From positions 32,001 to 96,000 of the forward strand of contig JBDRQI010000004.1 in NCBI GenBank assembly GCA_043826355.1: DNA of 64,000 nt, read 5' to 3'. The translations under genes were made by a program, and so were the position numbers. A model generated the notes under the pieces. The model made no database searches and was not told the DNA's origin. It saw nothing but the letters and a program-made list of their open reading frames with translations. Positions within the stretch are counted from its first letter, which is position 1; every line of letters starts with the position of its first letter. The DNA is from Candidatus Omnitrophota bacterium (GTDB lineage Bacteria > Ratteibacteria > UBA8468 > MWAK01). Positions 1 through 11,370 of the stretch are shown here, one piece after another.

Positions 1-1497
1 TTTGACCGGCTGGCAAAAGAAGCCAACTTTATACCGGTCTCCTGCGAAATTTTAGCCGACCTGGAAACCCCGGTCTCCGCCTATCTTAAGGTGGTGGGCG
101 CAAAACCCGGTTTTCTGCTGGAAAGCGCCGAGGGTGGCGAGCGTTTCGGCCGTTATTCATTTCTGGGAACCGACCCAAGCGCGATTATCCGTACCAGGGG
201 AAATCGGATTGAGATTGAAACGGAAATCGCAAAAGAAGTAATGGAAGAAAGCCCGTTTCCGTTTTTACGAAAATATCTTTCCGGGTTTAAAGTGGCTGTT
301 GACCCGACGCTTCCCCGTTTTTCCGGCGGTTTGGTCGGCTATTTTTCCTACGACGTTGTCCGGTTTTTTGAGAATTTGCCGGACATTAAAGAAGATGACC
401 AAAAATTACCGGATATGCAGTTATTCCTGGCCGATACCATTCTTGCTTTTGACCACTTCCGGCACCGGCTCAAAATTATAACCCACGCCCGTCCGGAAAA
501 TGGCTCCGAGAAAGCTTATGAAGGCGCTAAAAGACGGATAGCAGAGATAATCAGCCGCCTGTCATCATCTTCCCTCCCCTTTTGCGCCAAAGGCGCACTC
601 GCCTCTGGCGAGGACGGGGGAAGGAAGGTGGGGGTGAAAGGTAGCGGAAAATCTCAGTTTCAGAGCAATTTCACCCGTCCGGAATTCGAAAAGGCGGTTC
701 TTAAGGTTAAAGAATATATTTGGAAAGGAGACGTGATTCAGGTTGTTCTTTCCCAGCGGCTCTGCGTTGATTATCCGAAGTCCGGGCCAGACCCCTTTAA
801 CCTTTACCGGGCGATTCGTGCCATCAACCCTTCTCCGTATCTTTACTATTTTAATTTTGACAAAACCATCCTGGTTGGTTCGTCTCCGGAAGTAATGGTG
901 CGTCTGGAAGAAAGTAAGGCCACTTTGAGACCGATTGCCGGGACCAGGCCCAGGGGTTTGAACGAGTCGGAAGACCGGGAACTGGAAGAGGATTTAAAAA
1001 AAGACGAAAAAGAGAAGGCGGAGCACATTATGCTGGTTGACCTGGGCCGCAATGATTTAGGCCGGGTCTGTCAGTCCGGAACGGTCGGGGTAACCGAATT
1101 GATGGTCGTGGAAAAGTATTCCCACGTAATGCACCTGGTAAGCAATATCACCGGTGACCTGTTGTCGGATAAGGACGCTTTTGACCTTTTCTCCGCCGCG
1201 TTTCCGGCCGGCACCGTCTCCGGCGCGCCCAAAATACGGGCAATGGAAATAATTGAGGAGTTAGAACCGATTAAACGCGGTCCTTATGCCGGGGCGGTCG
1301 GATATTTTGATTTTTCCGGAAACCTTGATACCTGTATTACCATCCGGACGGTCTGGATTGAAGAAGGCAAGGCCTATCTTCAGGTAGGCGCAGGCATCGT
1401 GGCCGATTCGGTCCCATCCAGAGAATATGACGAAACGTTGAATAAAGGCCGTGCGTTTCTGGAGGCGTTCCGTCTGGCATCTTCCGGCCTGTTATAA
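1..1497 (+). CDS. trpE: Anthranilate synthase component I (5' end outside window)
   Basis: Frame open from base 1 (ADLETPVSAYLK); LLESAEGG..GRYSF, NPSPY, GSSPE, RPIAGTRPRG, HIMLVDLGRND, FPAGTVSGAPK motifs; followed by trpG. Confidence 0.93.
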   Translation, partial: FDRLAKEANFIPVSCEILADLETPVSAYLKVVGAKPGFLLESAEGGERFGRYSFLGTDPSAIIRTRGNRIEIETEIAKEVMEESPFPFLRKYLSGFKVAVDPTLPRFSGGLVGYFSYDVVRFFENLPDIKEDDQKLPDMQLFLADTILAFDHFRHRLKIITHARPENGSEKAYEGAKRRIAEIISRLSSSSLPFCAKGALASGEDGGRKVGVKGSGKSQFQSNFTRPEFEKAVLKVKEYIWKGDVIQVVLSQRLCVDYPKSGPDPFNLYRAIRAINPSPYLYYFNFDKTILVGSSPEVMVRLEESKATLRPIAGTRPRGLNESEDRELEEDLKKDEKEKAEHIMLVDLGRNDLGRVCQSGTVGVTELMVVEKYSHVMHLVSNITGDLLSDKDAFDLFSAAFPAGTVSGAPKIRAMEIIEELEPIKRGPYAGAVGYFDFSGNLDTCITIRTVWIEEGKAYLQVGAGIVADSVPSREYDETLNKGRAFLEAFRLASSGLL

Positions 1498-1504
1498 ATT
1501 AACG

Positions 1505-1613
1505 TGTCATCCTGAGCCGTAGTTGCGAAGGATCTCGCTTTAAGGAGTAGATCCTTCACTATCGTTCAGGATGACAAAGTACGTCAGATTCTTCGCTGAC
1601 GCTCAGAATGACA
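1505..1613. repeat. Composite REP-like palindrome cluster (TGTCATCCTGAG / CTCAGGATGACA family)
   Basis: Inverted TGTCATCCTGA...TCAGGATGACA units, recurring at 8 intergenic sites. Confidence 0.85.
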
Positions 1614-1619
1614 AACACT

Positions 1620-2186
1620 ATGGTTCTACTAATCGATAACTACGATTCTTTCACCTACAACATTTTTCAGGAGATTTCGGAATTGGGCGCTGAGGTCCGG
1701 GTTGTTCGCAACGACCGGATTACGATTGATGAAGTTTTGCGTATGGCGCCGGAGAGGGTTATAATTTCACCGGGTCCGGGCCGACCGGAAAATGCCGGTA
1801 TTTCAGTGTCTCTGATTAAAGAACTGGCGGGGAAAATTCCGGTTTTGGGGGTTTGTCTTGGTCATCAGGCGCTTGGATATGCTTACGGCGGCAAGATTGT
1901 CGGAGCAAAACGATTGATGCACGGCAAGATTTCGAGGATTTTTCACGACGGCTCCGGAATCTTTGCCGGAATCCCGGACCCTTTTGAAGCGACCCGTTAC
2001 CACTCTTTACTGGTTGAAAAGGAAACCCTTCCGGACTCTCTCAAAATTATTGCCTGGACCGAGGAGAAGGAGATTATGGGTTTACAGGTTATGGGTTTGC
2101 CGCTCTTCGGCGTTCAGTTCCATCCGGAGTCAATTCTGACCAAAGAGGGCATCAATATCTTGCAAAACTTCCTGAAGGTAACGTAG
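1620..2186 (+). CDS. trpG: Anthranilate synthase component II / glutamine amidotransferase
   Basis: IDNYDSFTYN, ISPGPG, GVCLGHQ, RYHSL, GVQFHPES motifs. Confidence 0.92.
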   Translation: MVLLIDNYDSFTYNIFQEISELGAEVRVVRNDRITIDEVLRMAPERVIISPGPGRPENAGISVSLIKELAGKIPVLGVCLGHQALGYAYGGKIVGAKRLMHGKISRIFHDGSGIFAGIPDPFEATRYHSLLVEKETLPDSLKIIAWTEEKEIMGLQVMGLPLFGVQFHPESILTKEGINILQNFLKVT

Positions 2187-2188
2187 TA

Positions 2189-2302
2189 TGTCATCCTGAG
2201 CCGTTGTTGCGAAGGATCTCTCTTTTTATTAAGGATTAGATCCTTCGGTTCCCTCAGGATGACACAATACGTCAGATTCTTCGGCTGTGCCTCAGAATGA
2301 CA
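2189..2302. repeat. REP-like cluster (GTCAT family) between convergent trpG and dnaJ
   Basis: Near copy of 1505-1613. Confidence 0.85.
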
Positions 2303-2307
2303 GATAA

Positions 2308-3417
2308 TTATTTCTTGCTTTTCGGGTAGGTACGCCGGGTAGCGCGTTTTTCAAAATCTTCCAGAAGACGGCGTTCTTCAACGGTCAGGTTTACCGGAGT
2401 TTCAATTATTATCCGTACCAGTTGGTCTCCCCGTCCGTAACCGGAAATATTCGGTATGCCCCTTCCGCGCAGGCGCAAAACCGTGCCGGTTTGTGTTCCG
2501 CCCGGTATCTTCATCCGAACATCTCCTTTGAGCGTCGGCACTTCCTTTTCCGTTCCGAGTGCCGCTTCGCTGAAGGTAATAAACTGTTCGTAAAGAAGGT
2601 TGTTTCCCTCCCGCCGGAATAAAGGGTCTTCTTCCACGAAAACGTTGAGGTAAAGGTTGCCGGACGGACCTCCCTGAATACCGACGTTACCCTTGCCGTG
2701 AACACGTAGTTTGGACCCGTTTTCAATCCCGGCCGGAATCGTTACCTGAAGACGTTCTTTCTCCCTCACCCTGCCTTTTCCGTTGCAGTTGCGGCAGGGT
2801 TTTTCAATGACTTCGCCCGCGCCGCCGCACCTCGGGCAGGTTTGGCTGATGGAGAAGAAGCCCTGGTTATGCCTGATCTGCCCGTCCCCATCGCACTGGG
2901 GGCAGGTCCGCTTGCCGGTATCGGCTGAAGCGCCGGTGCCGTTACAGGATTGGCAGGTAGTCAGCCGCGTCAGCGATACCTCTTTTTTGACACCTTCCGC
3001 CGCTTCTTTTAGCGGAATTCTGACCGAGGCCTCTATGTCCTCTCCGCGAAAAACCGGTTCCCGCCGCCGGGAACCGGTTCCGGACGTCCCGCGGAAAAAA
3101 CTAAAGAGGTCGTCAAAGGAACCTTGGCCAAAAATATCTCCAAAATCCCGCTGAACCCGGCTCCAATCGTCGGTCGGGTTGAAGCCGCTGCTTTCAATTC
3201 CCGGAAAACCGAACTGGTCGTAAGTGGCGCGTTTCTGGGAATCACTTAAGACCTCGTAAGATTCGGTTGCTTCCTTGAACTTTTCCTCCGCTTCTTTATT
3301 CCCGGGATTCCGGTCGGGGTGAAACCGGAGCGCCAGTTTTCGGTAGGCTTCCTTGATTTCATCGTTGCTGGCGTCTTTCTTGACGTCTAAAACTTCATAA
3401 TAATCTCTCTTCGCCAT
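2308..3417 (-). CDS. dnaJ: Chaperone DnaJ
   Basis: J domain ([11 protein letters not shown]), G/F region, four CxxCxGxG repeats. Confidence 0.96.
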   Translation of the reverse strand: MAKRDYYEVLDVKKDASNDEIKEAYRKLALRFHPDRNPGNKEAEEKFKEATESYEVLSDSQKRATYDQFGFPGIESSGFNPTDDWSRVQRDFGDIFGQGSFDDLFSFFRGTSGTGSRRREPVFRGEDIEASVRIPLKEAAEGVKKEVSLTRLTTCQSCNGTGASADTGKRTCPQCDGDGQIRHNQGFFSISQTCPRCGGAGEVIEKPCRNCNGKGRVREKERLQVTIPAGIENGSKLRVHGKGNVGIQGGPSGNLYLNVFVEEDPLFRREGNNLLYEQFITFSEAALGTEKEVPTLKGDVRMKIPGGTQTGTVLRLRGRGIPNISGYGRGDQLVRIIIETPVNLTVEERRLLEDFEKRATRRTYPKSKK

Positions 3418-3678
3418 CTTTTTTCCTGTTATTTTTATTTCCGCGTAAAAACATTGTCATTCCCGCATTTACTGAGCGGGAATCCATAGATACTAAAGTA
3501 GTGCGAACCCCCCGCCTGCGCTTAAAGCTACGGCGGGTAAACTTTTAGGGCCGCTAATATATGGGAGGGGTTTTATCTCTTCACTATTTTACCCGATTCG
3601 CGTATTTTTTTCAATTTTACAACCGGCCCGAACATGCGGCCCGAACATGCGCCAAATTTTAAGATTATGAAGATGTAA

Positions 3679-4545
3679 TTATTTAACTTCCGCCAGCAAC
3701 TTTTCCAACCGCCGGCCGTAATCAATGTAATTCCGGTAGCGGATTTCCGCTTCCGATTTGACGCTTGAATCATGGAAAACGACCGCCATATGCGGCTCTA
3801 TGGAAAAACCGCCTTCGTAACCGTTCTTTAAAAGGTCGGCTAAGATTTCCTTTACGTATCCGTTGCCTTCGCCGGGAAAAGTGAAGACCGGTTTGTCGCC
3901 GTCCATGTAGCCGTCTTTAATGTGAACGTAAATGATCTGTTCCCGCACCGCCCGGTAGAATTCCAGAGAATTCTGTTTTTTATACGGTTTTTGTCCGCGC
4001 ACGTCTTCGTTAAAGACCGGGTTTCCGGTATCAAAGACCAATTTCAGGGCAGGGGAGTCAACCTCTTCCAGGAGCCGCAGGGTGTGTTCGTGAGAGAGGG
4101 CTCCCCAACCGGAACAGTTTTCGTGGACACAGATAATTCCGTTGTCTTCGGCCATTTTGGCGATTACTTTTACTCTTTTAATTGCTTCAGCGGACCAGTC
4201 CTGGTCCAGCGCTTCCGGCGGGATGGCGAAACTCATAATCCGAATCATTTTTGTACCCAGCCGCTTCATCCGGGGGATAGCGCGTTCCATCTCCGCGTAA
4301 CTCTTGTCCGGCGGTTCGGTCATCTTCTGAGACCAGTTGGCTATTCCGCTGCCGAAACAGTTGACGCTGATGCCGGCGGATTGGAGTTTAGCGCAGACCT
4401 CGGAAAATTTATCCTCGGTGACAGAGGTGAGGTTGACGCCGTCAATCGTGCGGGCCTCAATAAATTTCCAGCCCAATTCTTTAGTTGCTCTGGTTTGGCC
4501 GTTAATGTCTCCGGCTGCTTCATCTGCAAATCCGGTAAGGTACAT
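3679..4545 (-). CDS. Sugar phosphate isomerase/epimerase (xylose isomerase-like TIM barrel)
   Basis: GFADE, HEN, FDTGN, HIKD, SIEPH metal-binding motifs. Confidence 0.8.
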   Translation of the reverse strand: MYLTGFADEAAGDINGQTRATKELGWKFIEARTIDGVNLTSVTEDKFSEVCAKLQSAGISVNCFGSGIANWSQKMTEPPDKSYAEMERAIPRMKRLGTKMIRIMSFAIPPEALDQDWSAEAIKRVKVIAKMAEDNGIICVHENCSGWGALSHEHTLRLLEEVDSPALKLVFDTGNPVFNEDVRGQKPYKKQNSLEFYRAVREQIIYVHIKDGYMDGDKPVFTFPGEGNGYVKEILADLLKNGYEGGFSIEPHMAVVFHDSSVKSEAEIRYRNYIDYGRRLEKLLAEVK

Positions 4546-4568
4546 CGGGCTCTCCTTTTAAATGTGTT

Positions 4569-4618
4569 GCAGGGGGCGGATTTATCCGTCCCGCGGGCAC
4601 GATGAATTGCGCCCCTGC
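4569..4618. repeat. GTAG-type REP-like palindrome
   Basis: GCAGGGGGCG...CGCCCCTGC, related to 17337-17386. Confidence 0.7.
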
Positions 4619-4722
4619 GTTTAATTCAGCCAATATTATAACATTTTTCGTATTTTTCCTCCTATTGTTTTGACATTTCTCTGATTTTTTGGTAATATTA
4701 TTTCGCGACTCTGAGGAAAAAT

Positions 4723-7194
4723 ATGGCTGGGTTTGACCGTTTTACCAATCAAGTACGCCGGATGCTGGACTTGGCGAGGGATGAAGCGATACGCTTTGGC
4801 CAGGATGCTATCGGCAGCGAACACCTGCTGCTGGCTATTTTGCGTGAAGGACAAGGCATAGCCGCCGCTGCTTTAACCAACCTTGGCTATGAATTGGGTT
4901 ATATTCTGCTTGAAGTGGAGAAAGGCATTCCCGTTATTCCTGTGATTCAATTTCAGGGTTCCCTGCCGCTTAATCACCAAGCTAAGCGGGCCCTGGAATT
5001 AGGGGTGGAGGAAGCCCGCCGGTCTGCCTGTACCTATATCGGCACCGAACACATTCTTTTGGGAATTTTGCAGGAAGGAGAGAGTTTGGCAAGTCAGGTG
5101 CTTCTTCGTCTCGGCCTTTCAGTAGACCGTACGCGGCAGGCAATCTCCGAACTATCGTCTTATTCGGAACAACAGGAAGCTGGAGCCAGGAAGAAAAATT
5201 CCGCCCTGAAGGTTTTTGGCCGGGACCTGACTAAACTTGCCCGGGAAAAGAAATTGGACCCGGTAATCGCCCGCCAGCCGGAGATTGAACGTTTGTTCCA
5301 GATTCTTTGCCGGCGCCGTAAAAATAATCCGGTGCTTATCGGCGAAGCCGGTGTCGGCAAAACCGCTATCGTGGAGGGCTTTGTTCAGGCGCTGGTTTCC
5401 GGTTCGGTGCCGGAACTTCTGGAAAACCGGCCGGTAATAATGCTGGATTTGACCGCGCTGGTCGCGGGCACCAAATACCGGGGTGAGTTTGAACAGCGGT
5501 TGAAAACGATTCTGGAAGAAGTTGCGGAAAGTAAGGCAATCGTTTTTATTGACGAATTGCACGCCCTGATTGGCGCCGGGGGGGCTGAGGGCGCGATGGA
5601 CGCATCCCATATCCTGAAACCCGCCCTGGTCTCCGGCGAGTTCCAGTGTATTGGCGCCACCACCAGCACCGAATACCGCAAACATATTGAAAAAGATGCG
5701 GCCTTGGAGCGGCGGTTTCAGAGTGTTTTTGTGGTTCCACCCAGCCTGCCGGACACGATTGAGATTCTGAAGGGGTTGCGGCCCAAATATCAGGAACACC
5801 ACGGAGTGGAAATCAGTGACGCGGCCATCCGGTCCGCCGTCCGTCTTTCCGACCGCTACATCACCGGAAGATTTCTGCCGGATAAGGCGATTGATGTTCT
5901 GGATGAGGCTTGTGCCTGCGTGCGCCTGGCGCGGTACGGAAAACTTCCCGGTAAATTGAGGGTTTTGGAAACCGAACTGAAAAAAATTTCGGAGAGCCGC
6001 GAAAAAGCCATACATGATTTGGATTATGAAAATGCCATTCGCTTCCGGGACCAGGAGCGGTCGGTCCGGCTGCATTTCCAGGAGTTGAAAAATGAGTGGC
6101 GCAAGGGTATTTCTACAGCCGAAAATATGGTAACCGAACAGGAAATTGCGGAGACGGTCAGTCGCTGGACCGGTATCGCCGTTCAGCGATTTTCCGAAGA
6201 TGAGGGCCAACATTTGCTGGGCATGGAATTGGAGCTTGGCCGTTGCGTAATCGGCCAGAAAGAAGCGGTTGAGACTGTTTCCCGGGCCATCAGGCGCAGC
6301 CGCGCCGGCATAAAGGACCGGAACCGGCCAATCGGTTCATTCTTTTTTTTGGGGCCGACCGGCGTCGGTAAAACCTACCTGGCAAAAGTTCTGGCTCAGT
6401 TTCTTTTTAAGGACCGGGAAGCGCTTGTCCAGATAGATATGAGTGAATATATGGAACGGTTTTCAACCTCCCGGTTAATCGGCGCGCCGCCCGGTTACGT
6501 CGGCTACGAGGAGGGAGGCCAGTTAACGGAAAGAATCAGGCACCGGCCTTATTCGGTGGTTCTGTTGGATGAGTTTGAAAAGGCCCATCCGGACGTTCAT
6601 AATCTGTTGCTGCAAGTTTTGGAGGAAGGTCACCTGACCGACAGTTTCGGCCGCCGCGTGGACTTTCGCAATACGGTTATAATTTTAACTTCCAATCTGG
6701 GAACCCGGAACCTGAAAACAGACGCAAGTCTCGGTTTTGTGTCTCAGGAGGAAGGGTTGATGGAATACCGGGAAATGCAGACGCTTCTGAAGTCGGAAGC
6801 GGAAAGAATTTTCCAACCCGAGTTTTTGAACCGGATTGATGAAATTGTAGTCTTTAAAAGTCTTTCTCCGGAGGATGTTTCTGCCATTGTGCGTCTTGAA
6901 GTCGGCAAAGTCGTCGCGCGTCTTAAGGAAGAAAATTTATCAGTCAGTCTGGATGAAAAGACATACCGGTTTTTGGAAAAAGAGGGTTTCAATGCCCAGC
7001 TGGGCGCCCGGCCGCTAAAAAGGGTTATCACCAAATATATTGAGGACCGTCTTTCCGAGGAGTTGCTGTCCGGAAATCTCCATCCGGGAGACACCGTGTT
7101 GATTTCTACCGGCTCCGGCAACAAACGGCTTTGTATCCAAGTTAGAAAAACCATTCTAAAACGTAATGCGACCCCTTCCGGGTCGTTAATGTAG
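4723..7194 (+). CDS. clpC: ATP-dependent Clp protease ATPase subunit ClpC
   Basis: Double Clp-N domain, Walker A GEAGVGKT and GPTGVGKT, short UVR-type middle domain. Confidence 0.92.
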   Translation: MAGFDRFTNQVRRMLDLARDEAIRFGQDAIGSEHLLLAILREGQGIAAAALTNLGYELGYILLEVEKGIPVIPVIQFQGSLPLNHQAKRALELGVEEARRSACTYIGTEHILLGILQEGESLASQVLLRLGLSVDRTRQAISELSSYSEQQEAGARKKNSALKVFGRDLTKLAREKKLDPVIARQPEIERLFQILCRRRKNNPVLIGEAGVGKTAIVEGFVQALVSGSVPELLENRPVIMLDLTALVAGTKYRGEFEQRLKTILEEVAESKAIVFIDELHALIGAGGAEGAMDASHILKPALVSGEFQCIGATTSTEYRKHIEKDAALERRFQSVFVVPPSLPDTIEILKGLRPKYQEHHGVEISDAAIRSAVRLSDRYITGRFLPDKAIDVLDEACACVRLARYGKLPGKLRVLETELKKISESREKAIHDLDYENAIRFRDQERSVRLHFQELKNEWRKGISTAENMVTEQEIAETVSRWTGIAVQRFSEDEGQHLLGMELELGRCVIGQKEAVETVSRAIRRSRAGIKDRNRPIGSFFFLGPTGVGKTYLAKVLAQFLFKDREALVQIDMSEYMERFSTSRLIGAPPGYVGYEEGGQLTERIRHRPYSVVLLDEFEKAHPDVHNLLLQVLEEGHLTDSFGRRVDFRNTVIILTSNLGTRNLKTDASLGFVSQEEGLMEYREMQTLLKSEAERIFQPEFLNRIDEIVVFKSLSPEDVSAIVRLEVGKVVARLKEENLSVSLDEKTYRFLEKEGFNAQLGARPLKRVITKYIEDRLSEELLSGNLHPGDTVLISTGSGNKRLCIQVRKTILKRNATPSGSLM

Positions 7195-7260
7195 GGGAGG
7201 GGCTGCGCCCCCTCCCGCAGGTCCCGTATGGGTGGCTGTTGCTTTTTACGGGGCGGGTTT
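7168..7260. repeat. REP-like hairpins overlapping the clpC 3' end
   Basis: GCGACCC..GGGTCG hairpin (also at 18722 and 46193) followed by GTAGGGGAGGGG..CCCCTCCC. Confidence 0.7.
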
Positions 7261-7301
7261 AACAAACTAAATTTTTTGCGCAACAGGAGGATAAGAACAG
7301 G

Positions 7302-7946
7302 ATGGATAAGAATTTTCTTTTTAAAAACAGAGAAACGATAGTTTTTATCGGAGACAGCATTACCGACTGCGGCCGACGGGACCAGTTTTTTCCTTATGGC
7401 AACGGATACGTGAAAATGGCGATTGATTTGGTAACCGCTTGCTGCCCGGAAAAGTCCTTTACTTATTTCAACAGAGGGATAAGCGGCGATACGGTAGAAG
7501 GTCTCAATAACCGGTGGCACGACGACCTGATTCTCCTGAAACCGGACTGGGTTTTCATTCTGATTGGAATCAACGACCTGCATAGTTTTCTGATGAATTC
7601 AAGTATTCTGCCTTCGGATAAGTACGAAAAATTATATCGTGCAATTTTAAAACGGACCAAACAGGAGACAAAAGCAAAATTGATTTTGCTGGAGCCGTTC
7701 TATATCAGCAACGATTTTGAGGGTGATAGTTTTCGGTCCCGGGTTTTAAAAACGATACCGGACTATATCAAAATCGTGCGTCGGCTGGCCGAAGAATTTG
7801 GTGCGTTATTAATTAAAACGCACGACATCTTTCAAAAACAGTTAAAATACCGGCCGGCAGATACCTTTTGTCCGGAACCGGTTCACCCGAATGGGACCGG
7901 CCACCTGGTAATCGCCCACGAACTGCTTAAGGCAGTAAACTTTTAA
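7302..7946 (+). CDS. SGNH/GDSL hydrolase
   Basis: GDSITD, NRGISG, IGIND, VHP motifs. Confidence 0.88.
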   Translation: MDKNFLFKNRETIVFIGDSITDCGRRDQFFPYGNGYVKMAIDLVTACCPEKSFTYFNRGISGDTVEGLNNRWHDDLILLKPDWVFILIGINDLHSFLMNSSILPSDKYEKLYRAILKRTKQETKAKLILLEPFYISNDFEGDSFRSRVLKTIPDYIKIVRRLAEEFGALLIKTHDIFQKQLKYRPADTFCPEPVHPNGTGHLVIAHELLKAVNF

Positions 7947-8029
7947 TTTCGCAGTGCGCGGAGCGCCTGTAGTTGCCGAGCTTGCTCGGCGCCCCCGCGT
8001 AAACTGTTAATTTAACAGGAGGATATACG

Positions 8030-9352
8030 ATGGCAAAAATCGTTTTTATCGGAGCCGGCAGTTTTGGTTTTACCCGTAATCTGGTGAAGGATGTTTTGAC
8101 TTTCCCTAACCTGAAGGATGCCACCCTTGTTTTGATGGATATTGACCGGGAACGGCTTGAATTCGCGCATAAAGCGGTTCAGCGAATTATAGATGCAGGT
8201 AAATATCCGGCCAAGATCAAGGTAACGATGGACCGGAAGGAAGCGCTGAAGGGAGCGGATGCGGTCCTCTGCACCATCCTGGCCGGTGACGTCCATGTCT
8301 GGCGCCATGACATTGAGATTCCCAAAAAGTATGGAGTGGACATTAACATCGGCGATACCCGGGGACCTTCCGGTATCTTCCGCGCCTTACGCACCATCCC
8401 GGTGATGCTCTCCATTTGTCGGGACATGGAAAAACTCTGTCCGGACGCGATTTTCCTAAACTACACCAACCCGATGGCGATGAACTGCCGGGCGATGCAG
8501 CGCAAGACAAGCATCAAGGTTACCGGTCTCTGCCACAGCGTCCAGGGAATTGCTGAGATGCTGGCTAAGTGGATTGGCGCGGACATGAAGGATATTACCT
8601 ATCTTTGCGCCGGCATCAACCACCAGGCCTGGTATCTGAAGTACGAAAAGAACCACCGGGATGCCTATCCCCTCATCCGCAAGGCAGTTGCGAAAAAGGA
8701 GATATATAACCAGGAAATTGTTCTTAACGAAATGTTTTTGCACCTGGACTATTATGTCACCGAATCCAGCGGGCACAATTCCGAGTACAACTGGTGGTTC
8801 CGCAAGCGGCCCGACCTCATTGAGAAGTACTGCACCCACGGCACCGGCTGGAATCCGGGCGTCTATGCTTACATTATAAATTATTATCTTAACCGGGAAA
8901 AGACCTGGAAGAAAGAAATAAAGGATTGGCTGGCTCAAAAGAAAATTCCGCTGGAGAGGGGTCTTGAATATGCTGCCAGCATCATCAACGCCTACCTGGG
9001 TGGAGAACCGTTTGAATTCAACGGGAACGTGCCCAATACCGGGTTGATTGCCAACCTTCCCGCTGATGCTTGCGTGGAGGTTCCGGTGGTAGCCAACCGA
9101 CGCGGTTTTAACGCTATTCACGTCGGCGCTCTCCCGCCTCAATGCGCGGCTCTTAACAACATCAGCGTGGCGGTGGAGGAGATGGCGGTGGAGGGTTGCC
9201 TGACCGGTGATGCCCGGCTGGTCTTTCAGGCGATCGCCTATGACCCGTTGACCGCCAGCGTTCTTTCTTTGGCGGAAATTAAGAAGATGGTGGCGGAGAT
9301 GTTTGCCAAAAACCGGCCCTATCTGCCGCATTTCAAAAGCACCGCCATTTAA
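8030..9352 (+). CDS. melA: NAD-dependent glycoside hydrolase family 4 (alpha-galactosidase MelA-like)
   Basis: [30 protein letters not shown] motifs. Confidence 0.85.
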   Translation: MAKIVFIGAGSFGFTRNLVKDVLTFPNLKDATLVLMDIDRERLEFAHKAVQRIIDAGKYPAKIKVTMDRKEALKGADAVLCTILAGDVHVWRHDIEIPKKYGVDINIGDTRGPSGIFRALRTIPVMLSICRDMEKLCPDAIFLNYTNPMAMNCRAMQRKTSIKVTGLCHSVQGIAEMLAKWIGADMKDITYLCAGINHQAWYLKYEKNHRDAYPLIRKAVAKKEIYNQEIVLNEMFLHLDYYVTESSGHNSEYNWWFRKRPDLIEKYCTHGTGWNPGVYAYIINYYLNREKTWKKEIKDWLAQKKIPLERGLEYAASIINAYLGGEPFEFNGNVPNTGLIANLPADACVEVPVVANRRGFNAIHVGALPPQCAALNNISVAVEEMAVEGCLTGDARLVFQAIAYDPLTASVLSLAEIKKMVAEMFAKNRPYLPHFKSTAI

Positions 9353-9366
9353 TATTTTTCCCGAAA

Positions 9367-9457
9367 TGTCATTCTGATGCCCTTCGTTCTGCTAAATGGT
9401 AAACTCCTTCGAAGAATCTGACGTACTTTGTCATCCTTCGGTTCCCTCAGGATGACA
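9367..9457. repeat. REP-like cluster (GTCAT family)
   Basis: TGTCATTCTGA...CTCAGGATGACA. Confidence 0.8.
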
Positions 9458-9478
9458 AAATTAGGAATCAGTTGCGAT

Positions 9479-9532
9479 TTGACATTAATTTATTTTTGTT
9501 TTAAAATATAACCAAATAACAATATGGTTATA
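9479..9532 (+). promoter_or_regulatory. Sigma70 promoter with overlapping ArsR-type operator
   Basis: TTGACA-17-TAAAAT (9479-9507) and inverted repeat TATAACCA-N10-TGGTTATA (9507-9532) upstream of the ars operon. Confidence 0.65.
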
Positions 9533-9563
9533 CCGATAATCGGGTAATCGAAAAGAGCAGGGG

Positions 9564-10736
9564 ATGAAAAACTGGCAAAAGTTTTTTTATATTGCGGCTG
9601 TTTTTCTGGGGTGTTTTTATCTGCCGATAGAAAACGCCCGGTTCAGCAACGCCGTTTTTGAGGCGCTGTCCCTGGTTAAATGGTATGCCCGGGAGCATGT
9701 TCTTTTGTGCCTGGTGCCGGCATTTTTCATCGCGGGCGCGATTTCGGTCTTTGTCAGCCAGGCGTCGGTTATGAAATACTTCGGCGCCGGCGCGAATAAA
9801 GTCCTTTCCTACGGCGTTGCCTCGGTTTCCGGGACCGTCCTGGCCGTATGCTCCTGCACGGTTCTGCCTCTTTTTTCCGGCATCTACAAACGTGGCGCTG
9901 GCCTGGGTCCGGCGATTGCTTTTCTATACTCCGGTCCCGCAATCAACATCCTGGCGATAATTCTTACCGCCCGGATTTTGGGCTGGCAGTTGGGTTTGGC
10001 CAGGGCGGTGGGCGCCGTTCTTTTCAGCATAGTTATCGGGTTGCTGATGCACCTCATTTTCCGGAAAGAGGAAAGGGAACGCCACGCGGGTGAGGGTCTG
10101 AACTTCGGGGAAGCGAAGGAAAACAGGTCTCCTGGGCAGACGATCGCCTATTTTTTCGTTATGATTGCAATCCTGGTTTTCGCCAACTGGGGGAAACCGG
10201 CTCCCGGCGATGCGGGGATTTGGGCTTTTATCTACGGACAAAAATGGGTGATGACCACGATTTTTTCCGGGGCCCTGGCCGTGATGCTCCTCCGGTGGTT
10301 TCGCCGGGAGGAACTTAAGGAATGGACACAGGCGACCTGGGTTTTTGCTCTGCAGATATTACCCCTGCTCCTGGCCGGGGTGCTGGTTTCCGGGTTCCTT
10401 CTGGGCCGGGTCGGCCACGAGGGCATTATCCCGTCACGATTTGTTGCCGGATTGGTCGGCGGCAATTCGTTCTTCGCAAATTTTTTTGCATCCGTGGTCG
10501 CCGCGTTTATGTATTTTGCAACCCTGACCGAGATTCCAATCCTGCAGGGCCTGATCGGGTCCGGTATGGGTAAGGGACCTGCTTTATCTTTGCTCCTGGC
10601 CGGTCCTGCGTTGAGTCTGCCCAGCATGCTGGTCATCCGCAGCGTCATCGGGACGAAGAAAACGGTTATTTATGCATCACTGGTGGTGGTTATGGCTACT
10701 TTTACCGGCATGGTCTTTGGGTTTATCGCGAAATAG
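9564..10736 (+). CDS. ArsP/DUF318 family permease
   Basis: EHVLLCLVPAFFIAG, VCSCTVLPLF, YFATLTE, AGPALSLP; polytopic membrane protein. Confidence 0.85.
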   Translation: MKNWQKFFYIAAVFLGCFYLPIENARFSNAVFEALSLVKWYAREHVLLCLVPAFFIAGAISVFVSQASVMKYFGAGANKVLSYGVASVSGTVLAVCSCTVLPLFSGIYKRGAGLGPAIAFLYSGPAINILAIILTARILGWQLGLARAVGAVLFSIVIGLLMHLIFRKEERERHAGEGLNFGEAKENRSPGQTIAYFFVMIAILVFANWGKPAPGDAGIWAFIYGQKWVMTTIFSGALAVMLLRWFRREELKEWTQATWVFALQILPLLLAGVLVSGFLLGRVGHEGIIPSRFVAGLVGGNSFFANFFASVVAAFMYFATLTEIPILQGLIGSGMGKGPALSLLLAGPALSLPSMLVIRSVIGTKKTVIYASLVVVMATFTGMVFGFIAK

Positions 10737-10749
10737 GGGGGATATCAGG

Positions 10750-10983
10750 ATGAAACTTGAAATTTTGGGTACCGGCTGCCCCAAGTGCAAGCAGTTGACC
10801 GCCAACGTTGAAGAAGCGTTAAAGGAGTTGAATCTGCAGGCCGAGGTTATCAAGGTGACCGAGATAAATAAAATTATGGAGTACGGCGTAATGATAACCC
10901 CGTCCCTGGTAATAGACGGAAAGGTGGTCTCTTCAGGAAAAGTACTCACCAAAGACCAGATTAAGAACTTGATTTCAAAATAA
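10750..10983 (+). CDS. Small redox-active disulfide protein (thioredoxin-like)
   Basis: ILGTGCPKC, YGVMITP.LVIDG. Confidence 0.88.
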   Translation: MKLEILGTGCPKCKQLTANVEEALKELNLQAEVIKVTEINKIMEYGVMITPSLVIDGKVVSSGKVLTKDQIKNLISK

Positions 10984-10992
10984 GGGGGCAGA

Positions 10993-11370
10993 ATGTCAAA
11001 TAAAATAGATAAACCTCTGAAAGAACTGACCGTAATCTTTAAGGCCCTGGCCGATCGGAACCGGATTCGTATTATCAAAATACTTCAAAAAAGGCCGCTT
11101 TGCGTCTGCGAAATCAGGGAGGTTCTGGGTATCTCCCAGCCGGCGGTTTCCCGTCATTTAAATATACTGAATAATGCCGGATTGATAGAGGATGAGAAAG
11201 ACGGAATCTGGACTAACTGCCGGCTTCCCAGATTTTTTGAAAACAAACATGTTTCGACAATCCTGAAATATTTCCAAACCTGCGGGGAAGAAGACGACTT
11301 GATAATTAGCGACCGCCGGAAAGTAACTTGCGTTGACCGCAAGGTTATTTGCGCCCGGAGGAAAAGATGA
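10993..11370 (+). CDS. arsR: ArsR/SmtB family metalloregulator
   Basis: FKALAD..R.RI, LCVCEI, SQPAVSRHL. Confidence 0.9.
   Translation: MSNKIDKPLKELTVIFKALADRNRIRIIKILQKRPLCVCEIREVLGISQPAVSRHLNILNNAGLIEDEKDGIWTNCRLPRFFENKHVSTILKYFQTCGEEDDLIISDRRKVTCVDRKVICARRKR

Noticed and set aside
3624..3651. Tandem 13 bp duplication GGCCCGAACATGC upstream of dnaJ as a heat-shock operator
   Set aside because: Does not match CIRCE or CtsR consensus; two copies only
5152..9331. Long antisense ORFs (5152-6213, 6744-7583, 8456-9331 and similar elsewhere)
   Set aside because: Shadow frames of well-supported genes with no recognisable motifs
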